A DNA stretch of 64,000 bases from Pyrinomonadaceae bacterium (GTDB taxonomy: Bacteria > Acidobacteriota > Blastocatellia > Pyrinomonadales > Pyrinomonadaceae). The translations under genes and the position numbers were made by a program. The DNA lies in the NCBI GenBank assembly GCA_046262295.1, contig JBHENC010000015.1, positions 16,700 through 80,699 of the forward strand, in the 5' to 3' direction. Below are positions 38,306 to 46,719 of this stretch, piece by piece (position 1 is the stretch's first letter; each line of letters starts with the position of its first letter). The notes under the pieces were generated by a model that was given only the letters and a program-made list of their open reading frames with translations, ran no database searches and was not told the DNA's origin.

Positions 38306-38698
38306 GTGGCAACTAAGACTTACGCGGAGGATGTCGCAAAACTCGCCCGCGAGAACGGAAATTTCCGGCAGGTGTTGTTCACCACAGAACGCACGCAGCT
38401 TGTGCTGATGAGCATCGCGGCGGGCGAAGAGATCGGCGAAGAAATTCACGACGGCATAGATCAGGTGCTCGCATTTGTCGGCGGGGAAGGCGAAGCGATT
38501 CTGGATAATTCCAGCCAGCCCGTGCGCGCGGGCAGCGTCGTCGTTGTGCCCGCCGGAACGCGCCACAACTTTGTTACCAAAGGCGATGCTCCGCTCAAGC
38601 TTTATACCGTCTACACGCCGCCGGAACACTCGGATGGCACGGTGCATAAAACAAAACAGGAAGCCGACGAATACGAAGAAGCGCACCATCAGCATTAA
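38306..38698 (+). CDS. Cupin domain protein
   Basis: GTG start after AGGAAGAGG. Cupin motifs GEEIGEEIHDGIDQV and VVVPAGTRHNF. Confidence 0.7.
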   Translation: MATKTYAEDVAKLARENGNFRQVLFTTERTQLVLMSIAAGEEIGEEIHDGIDQVLAFVGGEGEAILDNSSQPVRAGSVVVVPAGTRHNFVTKGDAPLKLYTVYTPPEHSDGTVHKTKQEADEYEEAHHQH

Positions 38699-38777
38699 TC
38701 GAACGCCGGTTGATGCGCGGCACGGCATCGTAAAAAGCGTGCCCGCAAGTTTTTATCTTTAAGAAGGGCGGCGGATC

Positions 38778-39398
38778 ATGAACGCAAACAGTCTCTACAC
38801 CTCGCGCAAGGCCGGTTTACTTCTGGCAGTTGTTAGTTTGTTCGTGGCCGCCGCGCTCGCGCCCGGTGTTACTGCCGAACGGCGGCCACAAGCACAGACT
38901 CGTAGTGAAAAGACAGCGCGCAACGCAAACCCTGCGCGGCAAAAAAATGCCATGCTTCAGCCGAATCCGAACCTCTCGCCCGAACAGGTGATAACAATCG
39001 TTCTCGAAGCCTTGCAGCATAACGATCAGCCCGCGCCCGACAGCGGCATCGCCACCGCCTTTCGCTTCGCTTCGCCCGGCAATCATGCGGCGACGGGGCC
39101 GCTCGATAGATTCATTCTGCTCGTCAAGAATCCGCTCTATAAACCCTTGCTTAATTATAAAAGTGTCGAGCGCGGCACGGTCAGGATCGCCGATGATGTC
39201 GCGCGCCAGCGCGTCACGCTCGTTGCCGCAAACGGCCTGCGGGCGGTCTATCTTTTCACGCTCTCGAAGCAAACGGATAATCCTTACAAAAATTGCTGGA
39301 TGACCGACGGCGTCGAGCGGCTGGTCGGAGACCGGGACGACGACAGTCAGCAGGTGGCAAAGTCGAACGGAAATCTGCACGCCAATAATCGCGCGTGA
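38778..39398 (+). CDS. Secreted DUF4864-like protein
   Basis: Signal peptide, then VLEALQHNDQP...AFRFASPGN...FILLVKNPLYKPLLNYKS. Confidence 0.55.
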   Translation: MNANSLYTSRKAGLLLAVVSLFVAAALAPGVTAERRPQAQTRSEKTARNANPARQKNAMLQPNPNLSPEQVITIVLEALQHNDQPAPDSGIATAFRFASPGNHAATGPLDRFILLVKNPLYKPLLNYKSVERGTVRIADDVARQRVTLVAANGLRAVYLFTLSKQTDNPYKNCWMTDGVERLVGDRDDDSQQVAKSNGNLHANNRA

Positions 39399-39476
39399 GT
39401 ATTGCGCCTATCTACTCACACCAGCGTGCGTTAAGCACGAGGCTATCGCAAACAGTCACTCGCAAATTTCGCCTTG

Positions 39477-39914
39477 TTACTTCCGAACACGCGCGGAGGT
39501 TTCGGAAATAAATTTCTGAAGCCGCGCGCGTATCTCATCACGCACGCGGCGAAAGACTGCGAGGCGCGCCGCTTCATCGCCTTCGGCTGCCGCCGGATCG
39601 TCGAAGCTCCAGTGCACGCGCTTCGTCTTTCCGGGAAACACCGGGCATCTTTCGTTCGCGTTGTCGCAGACCGTCATCACGTAAGCGAATTCTTCGCCCG
39701 CAAACTCGTCAACAGACTTCGAGCGATGCGTTGAAATATCTATGCCGATCTCGCGCATCGCTTCGATGGCGAGCGGGCGCACGCTGCCCGGTTCGACGCC
39801 CGCGCTGAAGACTTCAAACGCCGCGCCGCCGTCCTGCCGCAAAAGCCCTTCGGCCATCTGGCTGCGCGCGGAATTCCCCGTGCAAAGAATCAACACACGC
39901 ATTTTCTCGCTCAT
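39477..39914 (-). CDS. arsC: Arsenate reductase, LMW-PTP (thioredoxin-coupled) type
   Basis: MRVLILCTGNSARSQMAEG P-loop and downstream Cys residues. A 4-nt overlap with the upstream aquaporin gene. Confidence 0.85.
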   Translation of the reverse strand: MSEKMRVLILCTGNSARSQMAEGLLRQDGGAAFEVFSAGVEPGSVRPLAIEAMREIGIDISTHRSKSVDEFAGEEFAYVMTVCDNANERCPVFPGKTKRVHWSFDDPAAAEGDEAARLAVFRRVRDEIRARLQKFISETSARVRK

Positions 39915-40624
39915 CTTTGCGCCTCTCCTTTGTTATGCGGAATGATGACGTTTGGTGCGTCTTTCACAATTGCGGGCACGAGCCAGCGAAAAAGCAGCGT
40001 CGCGGCGAACGCGCCGAGAAGCTGTGCGATGACGAAGCCCGGAACATCAACGGGGCGTATGCCCGCGAAAGTATCGCTTAAAGAACGCGCAAGCGTGACG
40101 GCTGGATTGGCGAAAGAAGTTGACGCCGTGAACCAGTAGGCTGACGTGATATAGGCTGCGACAGCGAACGGCACGGCCTGCGAACGCAAACGCGCGCAAC
40201 CCCAGACAACAGTGAGCAGGCCGAACGTCGCCACGAATTCGCTGAAGAGTTGCGCGCCGCCGCGTCGCGCGTGTTGCGAGACAAAGAATAAAGGCAGCTC
40301 GAACATCGTGTGCGCCGCGCCGACGCCGACAATCGCACCGACAATCTGCGCCGCAATATACGCCGGAACGTCGCGCCATTCGATGCCGCCCTGCGAAGCG
40401 TCGGCGAGCGTGACCGCCGGATTAAAATGCGCGCCGGAGATCGTTCCGAAAGTTAAGATCAGCGCGATTAATACCGCGCCGGTGGCGATGGTGTTGGCAA
40501 GCAGCGCGACGGCGATATTACCACCGGCGAGACGCTCGCCCATGATGCCGGAGCCGACGACTGCCGCCAGCAACATCGCCGTGCCTACCGCTTCCGCCGA
40601 GACGCGGCGCGAAAGTGTTGTCAT
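39911..40624 (-). CDS. MIP/aquaglyceroporin family channel in an ars context (AqpS-like)
   Basis: 237 aa with two NPA boxes (HFNPAVT and FANPAVT). Confidence 0.85.
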   Translation of the reverse strand: MTTLSRRVSAEAVGTAMLLAAVVGSGIMGERLAGGNIAVALLANTIATGAVLIALILTFGTISGAHFNPAVTLADASQGGIEWRDVPAYIAAQIVGAIVGVGAAHTMFELPLFFVSQHARRGGAQLFSEFVATFGLLTVVWGCARLRSQAVPFAVAAYITSAYWFTASTSFANPAVTLARSLSDTFAGIRPVDVPGFVIAQLLGAFAATLLFRWLVPAIVKDAPNVIIPHNKGEAQR

Positions 40625-40642
40625 GCTCTTAATCTTTCGTCG

Positions 40643-41251
40643 TTAGCACCAGCGCACCACCAGCGATTCATCAGCCTTATCGGTGGATACATCGCAGACG
40701 TTGACGGGCTTACTTAACCCGGAATCAATTTGCGTATCGGGAGGCGCGCAGCACCATGAAGCTTCGATGGTAGGCGGCGCTGATGCGCGTTGAATGCCTG
40801 TCAGCGGTGCGGGCGCGCAGCACATGGCGGCTTCCGCGTTTGCGGCTTCTGGCAGATTGTCTTGCAGCACGACGAACACTTCCCACTCGTTGCCGTCCGG
40901 GTCTCTCACCCAGGTTTTATCCTGAGTGGCATAGCAGCAATCGGTCTGCATCTCGTCGCGCGTGAAGAGACCCGCTGCCGCCCATTTCTCGCGCGTGGCA
41001 AGCACGTCGGCGGTTGATGCGACCTGGATTCCGAGATGCGAAAGCGCCCCGCGTTCCGCGAATTGACGCTCGTTAAGCGTTAAGTTGAGCGGGGGATTTT
41101 GCACGTCGAACTTTGCATAGCCGGTGCGAACTTTGCTCGGTTCAAGTCCCAGCATCTTCCTGTAAAACTTTATACTCGCTTCGACGTTTCGCACGTTAAG
41201 CGCAAGGTGCGCCTTCAGTGCCTGCACCTGTTGACCTGTTTCTAATGACAT
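40643..41251 (-). CDS. arsI: ArsI/CadI-type glyoxalase-fold metalloenzyme (organoarsenical C-As lyase candidate) with a Cys-rich tail
   Basis: VOC fold (LALNVRNVEASIKFY) with the vicinal pair in TDCCYATQDKTWVRDPDGNEWEVFVV, as in ArsI. The tail has MCCAP, WCCAP and a terminal RWC. Confidence 0.75.
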   Translation of the reverse strand: MSLETGQQVQALKAHLALNVRNVEASIKFYRKMLGLEPSKVRTGYAKFDVQNPPLNLTLNERQFAERGALSHLGIQVASTADVLATREKWAAAGLFTRDEMQTDCCYATQDKTWVRDPDGNEWEVFVVLQDNLPEAANAEAAMCCAPAPLTGIQRASAPPTIEASWCCAPPDTQIDSGLSKPVNVCDVSTDKADESLVVRWC

Positions 41252-41278
41252 TATACGTCTCCTTATGTCTGATGATAT

Positions 41279-41294
41279 ATTCGCTTATGCGAAT
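41279..41294. promoter_or_regulatory. Palindrome ATTCGC-TTAT-GCGAAT in the arsI/arsR divergent intergenic region (operator candidate)
   Basis: Perfect 6-4-6 inverted repeat, 27 nt upstream of the arsI start and 65 nt upstream of the arsR start. Confidence 0.35.
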
Positions 41295-41358
41295 GTGAGG
41301 AGATAATAAACGGAATGAACGTATGTGTCAAGGCATATTTGAGAGTATGCTAAAATAA

Positions 41359-41760
41359 ATGCTTATGAAGATGACGAAGAGTTTCGATTTCGAGGTGTTG
41401 TTTCGCGCGTTGGCCGACCGGACGCGGTTGCGTTTGCTTAGCTTGATGGGCGACGACGAAGTTTGCGTATGTTTCTTCGTCGAAGTGTTGCGGACGAATC
41501 AGCCGAAGATTTCGCGCCATCTGGCGTATCTGCGCAAGGCCGGAATCGTCGAGACGCGCAGGGAAGGCAAATGGATGCACTATCGCGTGGTTGCGCCGCC
41601 GGACGCACGCGCGGCCAAAGTATTTGCGGAAGTGCGCGCGTGGCTGGCGGAAGACAAAGAGATGCAGCGCGACCGCGAGCGTTTGATAAAGGTGTGCTGC
41701 TCGCCGCACGCGCCCGTTCAATTGCAAAGCGCGCCACGCCCGCCAAGCCTCTCGACTTAA
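41359..41760 (+). CDS. arsR: ArsR/SmtB family metalloregulator
   Basis: ALADRTRLRLLSLM, the metal site EVCVCFF, and HTH ISRHLAYLRKAGIV. Confidence 0.85.
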   Translation: MLMKMTKSFDFEVLFRALADRTRLRLLSLMGDDEVCVCFFVEVLRTNQPKISRHLAYLRKAGIVETRREGKWMHYRVVAPPDARAAKVFAEVRAWLAEDKEMQRDRERLIKVCCSPHAPVQLQSAPRPPSLST

Positions 41761-41801
41761 TCTGGACGGCAGTCGAATAAATATGAGCTTTCGTCAAAGT
41801 T

Positions 41802-42452
41802 ATGAATCAGCCGATTACACAGGTGGGAACGATTGATCGTGCAGGGCTTGCGACAGAGCGCGGCCGCAGGCTCGAATATCTCACCATCGCGTACAACAGT
41901 TGCGAAGGATTAATCGGAATCATTGCGGGATTCTTGGCGGGCAGTATCGCGCTCGTCGGGTTCGGCTTCGATAGTGTGATCGAGGTGGCATCGGGCGCGA
42001 TTCTGCTGTGGCGTTTGCGCGCAGAAATGAATGCCGCGCGCCGCGAGCGAGTCGAAGCGCAAAGTTTACAACTCGTCGGCATTTGTTTCCTGCTGCTTGC
42101 TGCGTACGTCGGTTACGATTCGATTACTTCGTTAATCATGCGCGAATATCCGCAAAGAAGTGTGACAGGAATCGCGCTTGCCATTGCTTCGCTTGTCGTG
42201 ATGCCTTTGCTGGCGCGTGCGAAACGAAAAGTCGCACGCGATATTCAAAGCGCAGCGATGGCGGCGGACGCCAGACAGACCGATCTATGCGCGTGGCTTT
42301 CGGCGATTCTGCTCGGCGGATTGCTTCTTAACGCGCTCTTCGGTTGGTGGTGGGCGGACGCGGTGGCGGCGCTCTTGATGACGCCCATTATCGCCAGAGA
42401 AGGGATACAGGCGCTGCGCGGCAAGACTTGTTGCGGCGCAACCTGTTGTTAG
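41802..42452 (+). CDS. Cation-efflux (CDF-like) membrane-domain protein with a C-terminal CCGATCC
   Basis: 216 aa with about 5-6 TM segments. Contains IAGFLAGSIALVGFGFDSVIE and RQTDLCAWLS, typical of cation diffusion facilitator transmembrane domains. No cytoplasmic CTD. Confidence 0.65.
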   Translation: MNQPITQVGTIDRAGLATERGRRLEYLTIAYNSCEGLIGIIAGFLAGSIALVGFGFDSVIEVASGAILLWRLRAEMNAARRERVEAQSLQLVGICFLLLAAYVGYDSITSLIMREYPQRSVTGIALAIASLVVMPLLARAKRKVARDIQSAAMAADARQTDLCAWLSAILLGGLLLNALFGWWWADAVAALLMTPIIAREGIQALRGKTCCGATCC

Positions 42453-42713
42453 AATTCCGCCGCACTTTATACACAAACGATTTCCTACGGACTTCCTACA
42501 GCCGCGTGTGAAAATCTTTGTTGCCGATTGCCATTCTCGGTGGTACTCTCTGCGCCGGTAAATCGCTTCGGGGTCGCGTTGGCCGAAATATGAACAACGC
42601 GACGGAGCCGCAAAACTCGTCGTATCGTTGCCGCTGGTCGTGATTCCTCGCCGGACACCTTCGCTGTCGAAGTAGCATTCTGTCGTACCGCTAACATTTG
42701 AAGGAAAAGATTT

Positions 42714-43187
42714 ATGCGCATTGCGATTGGCGCGGATCACGGGGGCTTTCCGCTCAACGAGCAGATCATCGTTGAGCTGAAACGCACCGGCCATGAGGTG
42801 CTCGACTTCGGCACTCATGACGGTGCGAAGCCGGACGATTATCCCGACTACGCGCGGCTCGTCGGCGAAAGCTTGCAGAGTGGCGAGGCCGAGCGCGGCA
42901 TCTTGATTTGCGGCAGCGGCGTCGGCATCTGTGTCGCCGCCAATAAGCTGCGCGGCGTTCGCGCCTGTTTGTGCCACGACACGTATTCGGCGCATCAGGG
43001 CGTCGAGCACGACCACCTCAACGCGCTGTGTCTGGGAGCGCGCATCGTCGGCGTGGAATTGGCGTTTGAACTGGTGCGCGCGTTTTTGTCGGTAAGTTTC
43101 ACGGGCGAAGATCGTCACGTGCGCCGACTGCAAAAAGTCGCGGAGCTGGAAGAGCATTTTACGGCGGGCGAAGTTAAAGCTAAATAG
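42714..43187 (+). CDS. rpiB: Ribose-5-phosphate isomerase B
   Basis: MRIAIGADHGGF..., GILICGSGVGICVAANK. Confidence 0.9.
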   Translation: MRIAIGADHGGFPLNEQIIVELKRTGHEVLDFGTHDGAKPDDYPDYARLVGESLQSGEAERGILICGSGVGICVAANKLRGVRACLCHDTYSAHQGVEHDHLNALCLGARIVGVELAFELVRAFLSVSFTGEDRHVRRLQKVAELEEHFTAGEVKAK

Positions 43188-43250
43188 CCCAATCGCAAAT
43201 GCGATGCGAATAATTGGATTTCAAACACGAAGTTTGATTGGTGAGCAGAG

Positions 43251-44501
43251 TTGATTAGCGAAGCGCACACCGCCACTCAAACGACAAGCAACGAACCGTC
43301 CGGCGATCATCGCGCGGCGTTGCTCGCAGGATTCTTAGGCTGGACGCTGGACGCCTTCGATTTTTTTCTGGTGGTCTTTTGCTTGACGGCGATTGCCAAA
43401 GAGTTCAACAAGACCGATGCGGAGATTGCTCTTTCGATTACCTTGACGCTGGCGTTTCGTCCCGTCGGCGCATTCATCTTCGGTTTGCTGGCTGACCGTT
43501 ACGGGCGTAGGCTGCCGTTGATGATTGATCTGGTCTTTTACTCGGCGGTCGAAGTGCTCTCCGGTTTCGCGCCTAACTACGCGACGTTTCTGGTGTTGCG
43601 TGCGCTCTTTGGCATAGGAATGGGCGGCGAGTGGGGCGTCGGCGCGTCGCTTGCAATGGAGAAAGTGCCGCCACGTCTTCGCGGCGTGCTCTCGGGCTTG
43701 TTGCAGGAAGGTTATGCGGCGGGCTATCTGCTCGCAGCAGTTTGTTACTTCTTCGTCTTTCCGCGTTACGGCTGGCGTCCGCTCTTTTATATCGGCGGGT
43801 TGCCCGCGCTGCTGGTGCTCTTCATACGTTTCGGCGTGAAGGAATCGGAAGTGTGGGAGCGGACGAAGCATAGCAGTTGGGGCGAGTTGGGACGCGGTCT
43901 CGTGTCGCACTGGAAGCTCTTTTTATATCTGACGCTGCTGATGACGATGATGAACTTTGCTTCGCACGGCACGCAGGATATGTACCCGACGTTTTTGCAG
44001 CGCGATTGGGGATTCAGTCCGCAGAAGCGCGCCGTGTTGACGGCCTTTTCGATGGTCGGCGCGATTGCGGGCGGCCTCGTCTTCGGATGGCTTTCTGATC
44101 GTTGGGGACGCCGCCGCGCGATGGTCACAGCGTTTGGCTGCGCGATTCTGGTGATTCCGTTGTGGGCGTTTGCGCCGACGCTGACGCTGTTGGTTGCGGG
44201 CGCGTTCCTGTTGCAGTTTATGGTGCAGGGCGCGTGGGGCGTGATTCCCGCGCATATCACGGAGTTGTCGCCCGATTCGGTGCGCGGATTTTTGCCGGGC
44301 TTCGCTTATCAATGCGGCGTGTTGCTGGCGGGTTCGGTCGCCTACGTCGAGGCGGTGTTTGCAGCGCGGACAAGCTATGCAAAATCAATGGCGCTCGTGG
44401 CGTTGCTGGTCTTTTCAATCGCGGCGATTGTGGCGTGGATGGGGCGCGAACGGCGCGGTATCGTATTCGGCGAAAGTCGAGTACAGGAATTGGCAGAGTG
44501 A
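43251..44501 (+). CDS. MFS transporter
   Basis: 416 aa, 12-TM pattern, with the GLLADRYGRR loop motif. Confidence 0.8.
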   Translation: MISEAHTATQTTSNEPSGDHRAALLAGFLGWTLDAFDFFLVVFCLTAIAKEFNKTDAEIALSITLTLAFRPVGAFIFGLLADRYGRRLPLMIDLVFYSAVEVLSGFAPNYATFLVLRALFGIGMGGEWGVGASLAMEKVPPRLRGVLSGLLQEGYAAGYLLAAVCYFFVFPRYGWRPLFYIGGLPALLVLFIRFGVKESEVWERTKHSSWGELGRGLVSHWKLFLYLTLLMTMMNFASHGTQDMYPTFLQRDWGFSPQKRAVLTAFSMVGAIAGGLVFGWLSDRWGRRRAMVTAFGCAILVIPLWAFAPTLTLLVAGAFLLQFMVQGAWGVIPAHITELSPDSVRGFLPGFAYQCGVLLAGSVAYVEAVFAARTSYAKSMALVALLVFSIAAIVAWMGRERRGIVFGESRVQELAE

Positions 44502-44548
44502 TTAAACAAGGGGAAACGTCTTTATTTCAAAGTGAGGAGTCAAAGAAT

Positions 44549-46018
44549 ATGTCTACGACAGAAACGGCCGCGAAACCGGCACAGTTTGGCATGATCGGCC
44601 TCGCCGTGATGGGCGAGAACCTCGCCTTGAACGTCGCGGATCACGGATTTCCCGTCGCCGTCTGGAACTACGAAACGGAATGGGTGGATCGCTTCGTCAA
44701 CAAGCACAGCGCGACGCATCAATTCACGGGCACGAAGAGTCTGGAAGAGTTTACGCGCGCCCTCGAAAGACCGCGCAAGATCATGATGATGATTAAAGCG
44801 GGCACGCCCGTTGACCAGACAATCGAAAGCCTTAAGCCGCTTTTAGAAGAGGGCGACATTATAATTGACGGCGGCAACTCTTGGTTCAAAGACACGCAAC
44901 GACGCGAGGCCGCTTTGAGTCCGACGGGACTAAACTTTTTCGGCTCCGGCGTTTCCGGCGGCGAAGAGGGCGCGCGGCATGGGCCTTCTCTGATGCCCGG
45001 CGGCGCACAGGCCGCTTACGAACACGTTCGTCCGATCTTTGAAGCGATTGCGGCGAAGACGGATTCCGGCGCGTGCGTCGCTTACGTCGGGCCGGACGGT
45101 GCAGGCCACTTCGTCAAGATGGTGCATAACGGCATCGAGTACGGCGATATGCAGTTAATCGCCGAAGCCTACGATATTTTGCGCAACTGCGTCGGGATGG
45201 AAGCGGCGGAACTCGCAGACATCTTCGCGGATTGGAACAGGGGTGTGCTCGAATCGTTTTTGATCGAAATTACGTCGCAGATTTTCACTGTGAAGGATAA
45301 CGAGACGGGCAAGCCGCTGGTTGATGAAGTGCTGGACAAAGCCGGGCAAAAGGGAACCGGAAAATGGACGGCGCAGGTCGGACTCGATCTGGGCGTATCC
45401 ATCCCGACGATTGCCGCCGCGATTGATGCGCGCGTTCTTTCTTCAATGAAGGATGAACGTGTGAGGGCGAGCAAGAAGTTGAAGGGGCCGAAGACGAAAC
45501 GCTTTCGCGGCGAACGCGGCAAACTCATCAAAGCCGTGCATGATGCCCTGTATGCGTCGAAGATTTGCTCTTACGCGCAAGGCATGAGATTGATTCAGAC
45601 AGGCTCGCAGGAGTTTAACTGGAATATCAATCTGAAGGAGATGGCGCGCATCTGGAAAGGCGGCTGCATTATCCGCGCGCGTTTTCTCGACACGATCATG
45701 CAGGCTTATGAGCGGCAGCCCGAACTGCCCAACCTTCTGCTTGACGAAGAGTTTGCCGCGCACATTAAAGACGCGCAGGCCGCATGGCGTTATGCCGTGA
45801 CGACGGCGCAGGGACTCGGCATCGCGCTTCCGGCGATGTCCGCCTCGCTCGCTTACTTCGACGCTTACCGCGCCGCGCAACTACCGCAGAACTTGACGCA
45901 GGCGCAACGCGACTTCTTCGGCTCGCACACTTACGAACGCTCCGACAAACCTGCCAACAGCGGCTTTGTTCACACGGATTGGGCGCATCTGGTCGCGGAA
46001 GCGAAAACAGATAAGTAA
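44549..46018 (+). CDS. gnd: 6-phosphogluconate dehydrogenase (decarboxylating)
   Basis: FGMIGLAVMGENLALN Rossmann start and GHFVKMVHNGIEYGDMQLI. The track ORF begins at 44102 inside the MFS gene. ATG 44549 follows a GAGGAG site. Confidence 0.9.
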   Translation: MSTTETAAKPAQFGMIGLAVMGENLALNVADHGFPVAVWNYETEWVDRFVNKHSATHQFTGTKSLEEFTRALERPRKIMMMIKAGTPVDQTIESLKPLLEEGDIIIDGGNSWFKDTQRREAALSPTGLNFFGSGVSGGEEGARHGPSLMPGGAQAAYEHVRPIFEAIAAKTDSGACVAYVGPDGAGHFVKMVHNGIEYGDMQLIAEAYDILRNCVGMEAAELADIFADWNRGVLESFLIEITSQIFTVKDNETGKPLVDEVLDKAGQKGTGKWTAQVGLDLGVSIPTIAAAIDARVLSSMKDERVRASKKLKGPKTKRFRGERGKLIKAVHDALYASKICSYAQGMRLIQTGSQEFNWNINLKEMARIWKGGCIIRARFLDTIMQAYERQPELPNLLLDEEFAAHIKDAQAAWRYAVTTAQGLGIALPAMSASLAYFDAYRAAQLPQNLTQAQRDFFGSHTYERSDKPANSGFVHTDWAHLVAEAKTDK

Positions 46019-46066
46019 CACAAACAAAGCGTCTGCCCGAAAGAGCACAAAGGGAAATATTTAATC

Positions 46067-46124
46067 TAAACCGGCACGATTAGAACGTATGCTTTGGCAA
46101 TTACATTCTAATCGTGCCGGTTTA
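46067..46124. terminator. Perfect 19-bp inverted repeat with a 20-nt loop between the convergent gnd and response-regulator genes
   Basis: taaaccggcacgattagaa (46067..46085) pairs with ttctaatcgtgccggttta (46106..46124). There is no clean U tract. Confidence 0.45.
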
Positions 46125-46297
46125 ACTATAAGTACGATTCGGTAGAGCATCGGCAGGCTTTGTTAAAGCATCCGCGCGCCGACGCATGATGTAGTTATGG
46201 CTATTAAGGCTTATTGGTGACGATTAGCGCGTGCGCCTTGCCGTATAAAACATACAGGCAGCCGCATAGCGTTTGGTGAGCAGAATTTAAGACAACT

Positions 46298-46684
46298 TTA
46301 AGAGCTTACGCCCCTTTTGTATCTTTCAAAGGATGCGCGCTCCAGCATTTCCTGTATGGCCGGTTCATCAAAGGGCTTCGTCGTAAAGAGATGAACGACG
46401 CCGGTGCTGACCTCGTTGATAACGTGCCCGATCATTAGTTCGCCCGTCAACATAATACGAAAGCTCTGCGGGTAAGCGGCGGCCACTTCGCGCAAGAATT
46501 CCATGCCTTCCATCTCCGGCATATGTTGATCGCTGATGATGATGTCGGCGGGGCGTTCGGCGAGTTGCGCACGGGCTTCAGCGTGCGTCGAAGCGATACG
46601 CACATCGTAATTGCCAGAGAACATATCCCGGAAAACAGTCAAACAGGCGGTGTCGTCGTCGAGATAAAGTATAGAGGGTTTCAT
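46298..46684 (-). CDS. Single-domain response regulator (CheY-like)
   Basis: 128 aa with ILYLDDD and IIISDQHMPEMEG. Confidence 0.8.
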   Translation of the reverse strand: MKPSILYLDDDTACLTVFRDMFSGNYDVRIASTHAEARAQLAERPADIIISDQHMPEMEGMEFLREVAAAYPQSFRIMLTGELMIGHVINEVSTGVVHLFTTKPFDEPAIQEMLERASFERYKRGVSS

Positions 46685-46719
46685 CAGAGGTTGCTTTCTT
46701 CGTGATGAGGTGAACTATT

